From positions 1,030 to 65,029 of the forward strand of contig JAAZZH010000005.1 of NCBI GenBank assembly GCA_014239265.1: a DNA stretch of 64,000 nucleotides, written 5' to 3'. Each line of letters begins with the position of its first letter. Positions within the stretch are counted from its first letter, which is position 1. This document shows, one piece after another, positions 29,870-39,909 of this stretch. The notes under the pieces were generated by a model. It was not told where the DNA came from. It saw nothing but the letters and a program-made list of their open reading frames with translations, and did not search any database. The position numbers and the translations under genes are program-made. The stretch is from Actinomycetota bacterium (GTDB lineage: Bacteria > Actinomycetota > Acidimicrobiia > Actinomarinales > Actinomarinaceae).

Positions 29870-30696
29870 CTTAGTGGCCTTTCCCCAAATTTGTCAGATA
29901 ATGCCCTTCTCCAATGAACAGAATTATTCAAATAACTAATAAGTTCATCTCTTTCTTGTAGGTCAACTAATTCCATTAATTCACTTAAGAAATATTTAAG
30001 GAATTTATTAATATTTTCAGAATTAGTGTCATACATATCTTTTATCATCTCAGGATTAGTTCTAGTGAGTCTTGTAGCTCCGTCAAAACCACCAGCTGCC
30101 ATACCCATAATTTCATTTATCTCATAGTTATCTCTAGCAGTACCAACTAACGCTGTACTTATTAAGTGTGGAAGGTGGCTTGTTATCGAAATTATCTCAT
30201 CATGATGAGTTCTATCAATCCAGACTTCCTTAGAGTTTAATAATTGAATCATCTCAAGAACAATCTCTTTTGACGTTTGGTCCATTGACTTGGTTTCGCA
30301 CAATAAAAATGTAGCTCCATTGTAAATCTCCGGGTCAGGTTCCCATGAACTATTATCCGAAATACCACACATTGGATGGCCACCAATTGATGGAACCTCG
30401 TAACTATCCATTAAATTGCAAATCTTCTCCTTTGTCCCGCCTATATCAATTATTGCTTTAGTATTAGCAATTAATTTATCTGAACTAAGAGTTGATAAAA
30501 TACTATTTATAGGCATAGCAAGAATAGTTAAATCAACTGCCTGTGATGAATTAACTACATTAATTCCCAGGTTAGATGCTCTCTCGAGTGATTCAGTATT
30601 AACATCCTCACCGTAGACTTTTATCCCTTTACTAAGTAATTTAAGCCCAAGATTTGTTCCCATAAGGCCAAGCCCATAAACTCTTACTGACTTCAT
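29866..30696 (-). CDS. tyrA: Prephenate dehydrogenase
   Basis: GLGLMG, DIGGTK, GGHPMCG, HD...SHLPH. Confidence 0.92.
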   Translation of the reverse strand: MKSVRVYGLGLMGTNLGLKLLSKGIKVYGEDVNTESLERASNLGINVVNSSQAVDLTILAMPINSILSTLSSDKLIANTKAIIDIGGTKEKICNLMDSYEVPSIGGHPMCGISDNSSWEPDPEIYNGATFLLCETKSMDQTSKEIVLEMIQLLNSKEVWIDRTHHDEIISITSHLPHLISTALVGTARDNYEINEIMGMAAGGFDGATRLTRTNPEMIKDMYDTNSENINKFLKYFLSELMELVDLQERDELISYLNNSVHWRRALSDKFGERPLS

Positions 30697-30698
30697 TT

Positions 30699-31715
30699 CT
30701 AGTTAAGTGTTCTTCCTACTACTTTTGCGATAGAGCTAACTTTTTTGCTTAGCTCATTTAACTGAGAGGGAACTAATGCTTGTGGGCCATCACAAAGAGC
30801 TTCATCTGGTCTCGGGTGAATCTCAATTAAAAGTCCGTCAGCCCCTGCTGCAATAGCTGCTAGGGCAACAGGCTCAACAAGCTTACTGTCTCCTGTAGCA
30901 TGACTTGGATCGGCAATAACTGGTAGATGTGAGTTTATTTTAAGAAAGGGTATAGCATTTACATCAAATGTATTTCTTGTTGCTGTCTCATAAGTTCTTA
31001 TACCTCTTTCACACAACATCACATTTTCATTTCCCCTAGCTAAAATATATTCAGAAGCAAGTAAGAGTTCTTCTAAAGTCGCACTCATTCCCCTTTTAAG
31101 TAGAACCGGTAGCTTTGATTCCCCTACTGCCTCTAGCAACTTAAAGTTTTGCATGTTTCTAGCTCCAACTTGAAGAACATCAACATATTTTTCCATCATT
31201 GATAAGTGCTGAGTATCCATTATTTCACTAAATAAAGGAAGGTTATTTATATCTGAAGCTTCTTTGAGCATTTTTAAACCATCTTCACCTAATCCTTGAA
31301 AGCTATAAGGAGATGTTCTTGGCTTAAAAGCACCTCCTCTTAATCCATTACCTCCAGCAGCTACAACAGCCTCAGCTGTTTCAAGAGTTTGTTCCATTGT
31401 TTCGGCGCTGTCTGGTCCTGCAATAAGAGCCAGTTCACTTCCTCCGATAATTAAGTCCTTGATCTTAATTTGAGTATTTTCTTCTTTATAACTGCGGCTT
31501 GCTAGCTTGTAGGGCCTACCTATAGGAATTACCTCATGAACGTTATCTAAAAGTCTCATAATGGCTCTATTGTCTTCAATAACTTTTCCGCTCACGGCAA
31601 CGACAGTTCTTTCGACGCCAAATATAGTCAAAGGTTCATGACCTTGTTCTATAGCTTTACTTTTAACCTTATCAACATCTTCCTCAGAAGCTGCTTGTTT
31701 CATTACGATTATCAT
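30699..31715 (-). CDS. aroF: DAHP synthase class I-beta with N-terminal regulatory domain
   Basis: MIIVMK, RGGAFKPRTSPYSFQG, GARNMQNF, LLKRG, ADPSH. Confidence 0.95.
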   Translation of the reverse strand: MIIVMKQAASEEDVDKVKSKAIEQGHEPLTIFGVERTVVAVSGKVIEDNRAIMRLLDNVHEVIPIGRPYKLASRSYKEENTQIKIKDLIIGGSELALIAGPDSAETMEQTLETAEAVVAAGGNGLRGGAFKPRTSPYSFQGLGEDGLKMLKEASDINNLPLFSEIMDTQHLSMMEKYVDVLQVGARNMQNFKLLEAVGESKLPVLLKRGMSATLEELLLASEYILARGNENVMLCERGIRTYETATRNTFDVNAIPFLKINSHLPVIADPSHATGDSKLVEPVALAAIAAGADGLLIEIHPRPDEALCDGPQALVPSQLNELSKKVSSIAKVVGRTLN

Positions 31716-31729
31716 TTCTTCTCCTAAAT

Positions 31730-31755
31730 AAAAAAATCGGGCTTTTGCCCGATTT
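31730..31755 (-). terminator. Attenuator terminator (3:4 hairpin) upstream of aroF
   Basis: AAATCGGGC-AAAA-GCCCGATTT with a run of 7 U, just upstream of the aroF AGGAG RBS. Confidence 0.85.
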
Positions 31756-31779
31756 ATTACAACACAACTTTAGGGCAGC

Positions 31780-31824
31780 TTATATGTGCTCACTAAAGTA
31801 AAAAAAAGTATTGTTTAATTTCAT
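31780..31824 (-). CDS. Aromatic amino-acid attenuator leader peptide MKLNNTFFYFSEHI
   Basis: 14-codon ORF with consecutive TTT TTT TAC TTT codons, followed by alternative hairpins and a terminator. Confidence 0.8.
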   Translation of the reverse strand: MKLNNTFFYFSEHI

Positions 31825-31831
31825 TGTGATT

Positions 31832-31859
31832 ATCTTACCATCTTTATTTGCTTTGCCAA
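31832..31859 (-). promoter_or_regulatory. Promoter of the aro leader
   Basis: TTGGCA-16 nt-TAAGAT with TG extension; leader ATG 7 nt downstream (leaderless geometry). Confidence 0.6.
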
Positions 31860-31865
31860 TTACTT

Positions 31866-32207
31866 TTATCTATCAGGACGAAGTTTTTTTGCTTCTCCTA
31901 AATAAACATGTTTAATGTTCACATTATCTTCGTAGTGAATCAATATTCGTATGCAACCTTTTAAGTCATATTCTACATTGGGAGCCAAAGTGTCTATTGC
32001 AGGAATAGAAGTATGCCCAAGTTCTCTTAGTGCTTTAGCTGGGAATGCTTCTGTTAAATCATGAGTTAGTGTAAATAAAACTGAAATGATTTTATCAATT
32101 TCTAAATTATTTACTTTAAGGATTTCAGTAAAAAGATCTTTACTTGATTGAATAATGTTCTCTGAAGTATTTTGTACCTCAGCAATTGCTCCTCTAATTC
32201 CTATCAT
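31866..32207 (-). CDS. aroH: Chorismate mutase, AroH class
   Basis: GIRGA, DLTEAFPA, CIRIL, HVYLGEAKKLRPD. Confidence 0.93.
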   Translation of the reverse strand: MIGIRGAIAEVQNTSENIIQSSKDLFTEILKVNNLEIDKIISVLFTLTHDLTEAFPAKALRELGHTSIPAIDTLAPNVEYDLKGCIRILIHYEDNVNIKHVYLGEAKKLRPDR

Positions 32208-32223
32208 ATTTTTAGCTTACTAT

Positions 32224-32250
32224 AAAAAAAGAGCGGACCTAAATCCGCTC
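32224..32250 (-). terminator. Intrinsic terminator after groEL
   Basis: GAGCGGA-TTTAGG-TCCGCTC followed by T7 on the minus strand. Confidence 0.85.
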
Positions 32251-32272
32251 AATTTTTAAATTTTTGATGTAA

Positions 32273-33904
<1,632 letters not shown>

Positions 33905-33916
33905 TTATATCTCCTA

Positions 33917-34210
33917 TTACTTAGTAATTTTTGCAAGAATATCTCTACTTGATAAGATTAAGTATTCTTGTCCATCGACTTTGATTTCTGTTCCACCATA
34001 TTTTGAATAGACAACTTTGTCTCCTGTTTCAACATCTGGCTTTACTTTTTCTCCAGCATCGTTAGGCTCTCCTGGCCCTACAGCTACAACTTCACCTTCT
34101 TGTGGTTTTTCTTTAGCTGTGTCAGGAATGTAAATTCCTGATGCTGTTTTCATTTCATCTTCAGACATAGCTTTGACTACAACTCTGTCTCCTAAAGGTT
34201 GAAGATTCAT
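33917..34210 (-). CDS. groES: Co-chaperonin GroES
   Basis: [27 protein letters not shown]. Confidence 0.99.
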   Translation of the reverse strand: MNLQPLGDRVVVKAMSEDEMKTASGIYIPDTAKEKPQEGEVVAVGPGEPNDAGEKVKPDVETGDKVVYSKYGGTEIKVDGQEYLILSSRDILAKITK

Positions 34211-34286
34211 TTACAATACCTCCTAAATATTTTTTTTGTACATAAGAAAATTTAATACTGTTGCGTTTATAAATGTATTTTAATTA

Positions 34287-35288
34287 TCAATTAATTATCG
34301 AAGAAAGCCTTACGTCATTGATGTTAAGGTCTTTCGTAGTTAAATTCATTTGTGCTGCACTACATATCATTGCTGCATTATCAGTCGACAGTACTGGTGA
34401 TGGAATGTATAAGTTTTTACTCTCTTCTTCAGAAAAAGTACTTAATTTTTCCCTTAACCTTTTGTTTGCCATTACTCCACCGCCGCCGGATATTGTTGGT
34501 ACTTTTGTTTCTTTTACAGCTTTTTTAAATACTCCCATTAAAGAGTCAACTATTGCTTCTTGATATGAAGCAGCAAAATCTTTCCTTGAAACCTCATCTT
34601 CTTGTTTCAGATCCTGAAGGTAGTAAATAGCTGCTGTTTTAAGCCCTGAAAAAGAATAATCAAACTCTCCTGAAGGTTTTGGCCTTGGAAGAGATACCTT
34701 TGATTCATTTCCACCCTCGCTTATCTTTTGTATTGCAGGTCCTCCCGGAAAGCCAAATCCACAATATCTTGAGAGTTTATCAAAAGCCTCCCCTGCAGCG
34801 TCATCAATAGTGGTTCCTAAAAGTTCATACTTTCCCCACTCTTCAACTAAAACAATTTGCGTATGACCACCGGAAACTAGTAAAGAGAGAAATGGGGGTT
34901 CTAGTTGTGGGTGTTCTATCAACGGAGCACTTAAATGCCCCACCATGTGATCTACTGGTAAAAATAACTTATCTAAAGACCACGCAACTGATTTTGCAAA
35001 ATTGTAGCCAACAACAAGACTACCTACTAGGCCTGGGCCATCTGTAGAAGCAACAATATCAATATCTGAAAGTTCTAATTGTGCTTCGTTGAGTGATGTG
35101 TGAAATAAGTTGCGTATCATTTCTGAATGTGCGCGAGATGCAACTTCTGGAACTACTCCCCCAAATTTTTCATGTATATCTACCTGTGAAGATATTTTAT
35201 TGAGTAGTAATTTGCCATCTTTCATAATCGCAATAGCCGTTTCGTCACAACTTGTTTCAAAACCTAAGATAACTTTATCTTTATACAT
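34287..35288 (-). CDS. tsaD: tRNA N6-adenosine threonylcarbamoyltransferase
   Basis: ETSCDET, GGVVPEVASRAH, HMVGH, VSGGHT, DDAAGEAFDK. Confidence 0.97.
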   Translation of the reverse strand: MYKDKVILGFETSCDETAIAIMKDGKLLLNKISSQVDIHEKFGGVVPEVASRAHSEMIRNLFHTSLNEAQLELSDIDIVASTDGPGLVGSLVVGYNFAKSVAWSLDKLFLPVDHMVGHLSAPLIEHPQLEPPFLSLLVSGGHTQIVLVEEWGKYELLGTTIDDAAGEAFDKLSRYCGFGFPGGPAIQKISEGGNESKVSLPRPKPSGEFDYSFSGLKTAAIYYLQDLKQEDEVSRKDFAASYQEAIVDSLMGVFKKAVKETKVPTISGGGGVMANKRLREKLSTFSEEESKNLYIPSPVLSTDNAAMICSAAQMNLTTKDLNINDVRLSSIIN

Positions 35289-35724
35289 AGACCTTTTCCT
35301 TTAAATAAATATCAGCATCCTCGTTTTTATAATAATTTTTTCTTTTAGATATTTTGTTAAAACCCAATTTCGTATATAGGTTTTTTGCTGTGTCATTTGA
35401 TTCACGTACTTCTAATACTATTTTTAGGTAAGAAGACTTATTAAAATAGTCTATGAGCTCATTCATGAGTTCTCCAGCAATTCCATTCTTTCTATATTCT
35501 TTAATTACGCCAATACCTAATATCTCTATAAAATCATTAATAAACTGAACTCCTAAATAAGCAACTACCTTGTCATTTTTTTTATATAACCAATACTTAA
35601 ATTCTTTATTATTAATTTTTTGCTTTATAGTTTCACTTGGCCAGGCTGTAGCGAATATCTCATTTTCTATTTCTTCAAGCTCTTTTGCCATTTTTAAATC
35701 ACAAACAGATACGCTCTCAATCAT
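35281..35724 (-). CDS. rimI: Ribosomal-protein-alanine N-acetyltransferase
   Basis: YRKNGIA, LEVRESN, LYTKLGF, RKNYY; start reassigned to MIESV. Confidence 0.9.
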   Translation of the reverse strand: MIESVSVCDLKMAKELEEIENEIFATAWPSETIKQKINNKEFKYWLYKKNDKVVAYLGVQFINDFIEILGIGVIKEYRKNGIAGELMNELIDYFNKSSYLKIVLEVRESNDTAKNLYTKLGFNKISKRKNYYKNEDADIYLKEKVYV

Positions 35725-36421
35725 TAAATTCAACCTTTTTTTCAAGTGATGTTTGTGAAAGTGAAATATCTGGCTCGCGCATATAGCTAATAGGTATTTC
35801 ATTGAAGTTTGGATACTTATTATTTTGAAATATTCTTTCGCCTACAGCGTAGATTGTCTCTGCTGTTACAATTTTTGGATCGGCCAATTTTGTATTGCTA
35901 TCATTGGGTAAATCATTTTCAGATATTAAGTCCCAGTTGCCAACTAAAAGTTTTTTTTCAACATCCTCGGCAAACTTTAGTTTAAGAGTTTCAGTGTCTA
36001 AAATTTCGGGCTCAGTTTCTCTGACTACCCCACCAGGAACTGGTTTATAGGTACAAAATGCAAATTCATTCCTTTTGATATCTATTATGGCGCAAATCTT
36101 TCTATGACTTGTATGTGCCGAAAATGCAAGTGAATCAAGGCCATTTACTGGTACTAACGGAATCCCAAGTGTTCCTCCTATTCCTTGAGCCACTGAATAG
36201 CCTATTCTGAGTCCAGTGTAATAACCAGGTCCTGTATCTAAATAAATTGCTCCAAGATCACTCTTGTCTACATTTGTTTTTACTAATAACTCATCTACTT
36301 CATTTAGCAACAAATTGGTAGATCCTTGATTAGATTTAAATATTAAGCTCCCAACTAACTTCTCTTCATGAAGACAAGCAGAAATAAAAGAACCTGAGGT
36401 TGAGATTGATAATTTATACAT
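35717..36421 (-). CDS. tsaB: t6A biosynthesis protein TsaB
   Basis: GPGYYTGLRIG, PISYMRE; synteny. Confidence 0.92.
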   Translation of the reverse strand: MYKLSISTSGSFISACLHEEKLVGSLIFKSNQGSTNLLLNEVDELLVKTNVDKSDLGAIYLDTGPGYYTGLRIGYSVAQGIGGTLGIPLVPVNGLDSLAFSAHTSHRKICAIIDIKRNEFAFCTYKPVPGGVVRETEPEILDTETLKLKFAEDVEKKLLVGNWDLISENDLPNDSNTKLADPKIVTAETIYAVGERIFQNNKYPNFNEIPISYMREPDISLSQTSLEKKVEFND

Positions 36422-36423
36422 AT

Positions 36424-36834
36424 TTAATATCTTACTTTCCTTGTTATTTCATCAACAATCTCTATCTCTAAAAATCTCCACTCTTTAGATTTTGATTCCG
36501 GAATCATATCAGACCACTCAATAAAAAATAACGTATCATCCTCATTTAATGGAAGGTCTAAATCATAAAATTCATGTATGGACGATAATCTATAAAGGTC
36601 TACATGATAAATAGTCAATTCTTCTTTCTTATAAGTTCTAACTATATTGAAGGTTGGTGACGTAACTTTTTCCTCAACTCCCAATGCCTGGATAAAGCTC
36701 TTAACAAGAGTAGTTTTGCCAGCACCCAGATTTCCTTTTAGTCCAAGTACTGACGGGACTGCTAAGTCTAAAATAAACTGTTCAGCAAATTTTTTTAAAT
36801 CATCTTGTTTTAACTCTTTAGTTCTCAATTTCAA
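36424..36834 (-). CDS. tsaE: t6A biosynthesis ATPase TsaE
   Basis: GNLGAGKT, VTSPTF, HVDLYRL, IEW. Confidence 0.95.
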   Translation of the reverse strand: MKLRTKELKQDDLKKFAEQFILDLAVPSVLGLKGNLGAGKTTLVKSFIQALGVEEKVTSPTFNIVRTYKKEELTIYHVDLYRLSSIHEFYDLDLPLNEDDTLFFIEWSDMIPESKSKEWRFLEIEIVDEITRKVRY

Positions 36835-37906
36835 CTCGATTTAATCGATTGTCTTTAATATTGGTAAGTATTTCCCACTCGATGGTGTTATTCCATTCTG
36901 CAATGTCTTTAATTGAAATCTCAATATTGCTATCAAGCGATGCTCCTAAAATAGTGACCTCGTCATTAATTTCTACTTCCATTCCTGTTACGTCAAATAG
37001 AATTTGATCCATTGTGACCCTGCCTATCAACCTACAAAACTTGTTATTGACTATTACCTTCCCATCCGGAAAAGAGTTCCAAGGATATCCATCTCCATAC
37101 CCAATCGGAGCGGTAGCGATTAGAGAATCTTTTTCTAGAATGAGTGCCTTACCATATGAGACAGATTCTCCTTTTTTTCTAATTTGGATATTTGATATTC
37201 GAGTTTTGATTTCCATTACTGGTTTTAATTCACTAGCAACACTAACAGGAGAGATGCTGTACCCATAAGCAGCTAATCCTACCCTTGTCATATTAAAAAT
37301 CTTTTCATTATTGTAAGTGGTAGATGCTGAGTTATCAGCATGTATTAAAAGGTTTTTAATATCAACAGCTGAGATTGTATCCTTAAATATTTTCACGGAG
37401 TGATTCGTTTGTCTTTCATCCGTATCCGCAAGGGGGAAATGTGTACAGATACCCTCTAGAGCTAGGTTGTTAAAAGATGAAATTTTTTCATATAATCTAT
37501 CAAATTTATCAGGACTGCACCCAACTCTATGCATGCCAGTATCAATTTTAAGGTGAACCTTAAATGAGTGCTGTGACTCACCTAAAGCCTCGATAAAGGT
37601 TTGGTTATATACAGTTGTGTCAATATCGTAAATGGCTAATTTTTCTAATTCTGAAATAGATGGTTCTGAAAGTAGCAGAATTCTTATATTGTCTGAAATA
37701 CTTCTAACTAAAATGGCTTCGTCTATTGTTGCGACAGCAAACCATACTACTCCTGAATCTACAGCAGTATTGACAGTCCAATCTATACCGTGACCGTATG
37801 CATTTGCCTTAACAACAATACAAAGTTCACTGTCTGTGAGGTTATTCAAATAGGCAATATTATGTCGAAAATTTTTTTTATTGACATAAATGTATCCTCT
37901 ATCCAT
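36818..37906 (-). CDS. alr: Alanine racemase
   Basis: VVKANAYGHG, KIDTGMHRVG, IGYGDGY, GRVTMDQ. Confidence 0.97.
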   Translation of the reverse strand: MDRGYIYVNKKNFRHNIAYLNNLTDSELCIVVKANAYGHGIDWTVNTAVDSGVVWFAVATIDEAILVRSISDNIRILLLSEPSISELEKLAIYDIDTTVYNQTFIEALGESQHSFKVHLKIDTGMHRVGCSPDKFDRLYEKISSFNNLALEGICTHFPLADTDERQTNHSVKIFKDTISAVDIKNLLIHADNSASTTYNNEKIFNMTRVGLAAYGYSISPVSVASELKPVMEIKTRISNIQIRKKGESVSYGKALILEKDSLIATAPIGYGDGYPWNSFPDGKVIVNNKFCRLIGRVTMDQILFDVTGMEVEINDEVTILGASLDSNIEISIKDIAEWNNTIEWEILTNIKDNRLNRVEIEN

Positions 37907-37909
37907 AAA

Positions 37910-39706
37910 TTATTCTACTGTTACTGATTTAGCTAAGTTACGAGGTTGATCAATAGACTCACCGTTCAAATTTGCAACATGATATGCAATGAATTGAAGT
38001 GGGATAATTGACACTATTGTTGATAACATTTCACTTGCTTCTGGGAGGGTCACATAATCATTAGAAATATCTTGCAATTTCTTTGATGAGTTGTCTCCTA
38101 TTGCGATCACATATGCTCCTCTTGCTTTGACCTCCTGAACATTACTTGTTGTCTTATCAAGAAGGTGATGTTGACTGGCGGTAACAATTACTGGTGTGCC
38201 ATTCTCTATCAAAGCTAAGGTGCCATGTTTAAGTTCACCAGCCGCAAGAGCTTCTGCATGTAGATAGGAAATTTCTTTTAATTTTAATGCGCCTTCTGCT
38301 GCTAATGCATAGTCCAATCCTCTACCAATGAAATAAATGTCTTTTTTCTCATTAATTGATTTTGATATTTCTTTAATTTGGGATTCACATTTCAAAGTTT
38401 CTTTGATCAATAATGGTAACTGTTTAATCTCATCAAAAGTAGTTTCAAGATTCTCAGATTCATCCCAGTGCTTAGCTAAAAGAAGTTGCCCAACAAGCAT
38501 TCCAAGATAAGCTTTTGTTGAGGCTACACCGATTTCTGGCCCCACATGAAGATACAACACACTGTCAGCCATCCTAGCAAGAGAGCTTCCAACAACGTTA
38601 ACTAGAGCGAGAACGTGAGCATCGTTCTCTTTAAGGAGTTCCGTTGCTGCAATTGTGTCCATAGTTTCTCCAGATTGAGAAATAACAATGCCTAAATCAT
38701 TTTCTCCGACTATAGGTTCCCGATATCGAAATTCTGATGCTAGCTCTACACTAACTGGAACTCCTAAGACTTTTTCAAACAAGTCCTTACCGAATAATCC
38801 AGCATGGTAAGCTGTACCGCACGCAACAATCCATATTTTTTCAAATTGTTTGGCCATGTTTAAATCGACAGGGATTTCCTCTGAGCCAATCTCTAAACGT
38901 CCAGTTATTGTCCTTTCAATTACTTCTGCTTGTTCAAGTATTTCTTTGTACATGAAATGATCATGGCCTGATTTTTCTGCTTCAGAAACTTTCCAATCAA
39001 TCTCTTGAATTTCTCTTGATATTTTATTCATGTTGATGTCAAATAATTGATAACTGCCATCTTTAATCTCAACAAAATCTCCATTCTCTAGGAAGATCAT
39101 CTTATTTGTGTGCTCTAGTATTGCTGCTGAGTCTGAAGCAAGAAATACTTCGCCCTCTCCCACCCCAAGAACTAATGGGCTCATCATTCTTCCTGCGACT
39201 ATGGTGTCAGGCTGCTTTGTTGTGGTAACTACAAGTGCATAAGTTCCAACAAGTTCTTTAGCTACCTTACAGACTGTTTCCAAAAGATTACCTGTCCATT
39301 GATTACTCAATTCAACTGCTACAACTTCTGTATCTGTTTCAGATTCAAATTGATAATTATCTCTTTGTAGTTCTTCTTTCATTTCGGCATAATTTTCGAT
39401 TATACCATTATGTATTATTGCAAAATCTTTATTGCGATCATAATGGGGGTGAGCATTTTCATCACTTGGAACACCATGTGTTGCCCATCGAGTATGACCA
39501 ATTCCAATATTCCCATTAATTTCTTTATTAAGTAAATGATTTTTTAAAACTTGTAATTTACCTTCTTTTTTTTCTATAGTTAGATTTTGGCCATCTGTTA
39601 TTGCAATACCGGCTGAATCGTAGCCACGATACTCTAGTCTAGATAGTCCATCCAATAAAATAGGTAAAGGTTGTTTAGGGCCTGAATACCCAATAATGCC
39701 ACACAT
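37910..39706 (-). CDS. glmS: Glutamine-fructose-6-phosphate aminotransferase
   Basis: MCGIIG, EYRGYDSAG, GHTRWATHG, SQSGET, PRNLAKSVTVE. Confidence 0.99.
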   Translation of the reverse strand: MCGIIGYSGPKQPLPILLDGLSRLEYRGYDSAGIAITDGQNLTIEKKEGKLQVLKNHLLNKEINGNIGIGHTRWATHGVPSDENAHPHYDRNKDFAIIHNGIIENYAEMKEELQRDNYQFESETDTEVVAVELSNQWTGNLLETVCKVAKELVGTYALVVTTTKQPDTIVAGRMMSPLVLGVGEGEVFLASDSAAILEHTNKMIFLENGDFVEIKDGSYQLFDINMNKISREIQEIDWKVSEAEKSGHDHFMYKEILEQAEVIERTITGRLEIGSEEIPVDLNMAKQFEKIWIVACGTAYHAGLFGKDLFEKVLGVPVSVELASEFRYREPIVGENDLGIVISQSGETMDTIAATELLKENDAHVLALVNVVGSSLARMADSVLYLHVGPEIGVASTKAYLGMLVGQLLLAKHWDESENLETTFDEIKQLPLLIKETLKCESQIKEISKSINEKKDIYFIGRGLDYALAAEGALKLKEISYLHAEALAAGELKHGTLALIENGTPVIVTASQHHLLDKTTSNVQEVKARGAYVIAIGDNSSKKLQDISNDYVTLPEASEMLSTIVSIIPLQFIAYHVANLNGESIDQPRNLAKSVTVE

Positions 39707-39740
39707 ATTATCTCCATTCCAACGAGCAAGTTGAAATTAG

Positions 39741-39876
39741 ACTACGTTAATTTGCTTCTGTTCAAAGATTTCTCTCTGTTTTTAAACAATTTATTACGAC
39801 TGTAGAGCCGAGTATGCATCCGCCGAATTTTCGATAACACACTTCCTCGTCACCTTTTTCAAGGTCTGGCGCTATA
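39741..39876 (-). ncRNA. glmS ribozyme (GlcN6P-activated riboswitch-ribozyme)
   Basis: Core AGCGCCAG-ACCTT-GAAA-AAGGT-GACGAGG...TTATCGAAAATTCGGCGGATG...CGG in the glmS 5' UTR; predicted cleavage between 39873 and 39872. Confidence 0.93.
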
Positions 39877-39909
39877 TTTGCTCGTTAATATAATTATAAC
39901 GAAGATATT

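Noticed and set aside
35725-35802. His-rich N-terminal extension of RimI
   Set aside because: Lies inside tsaB; the true start is probably ATG 35724.
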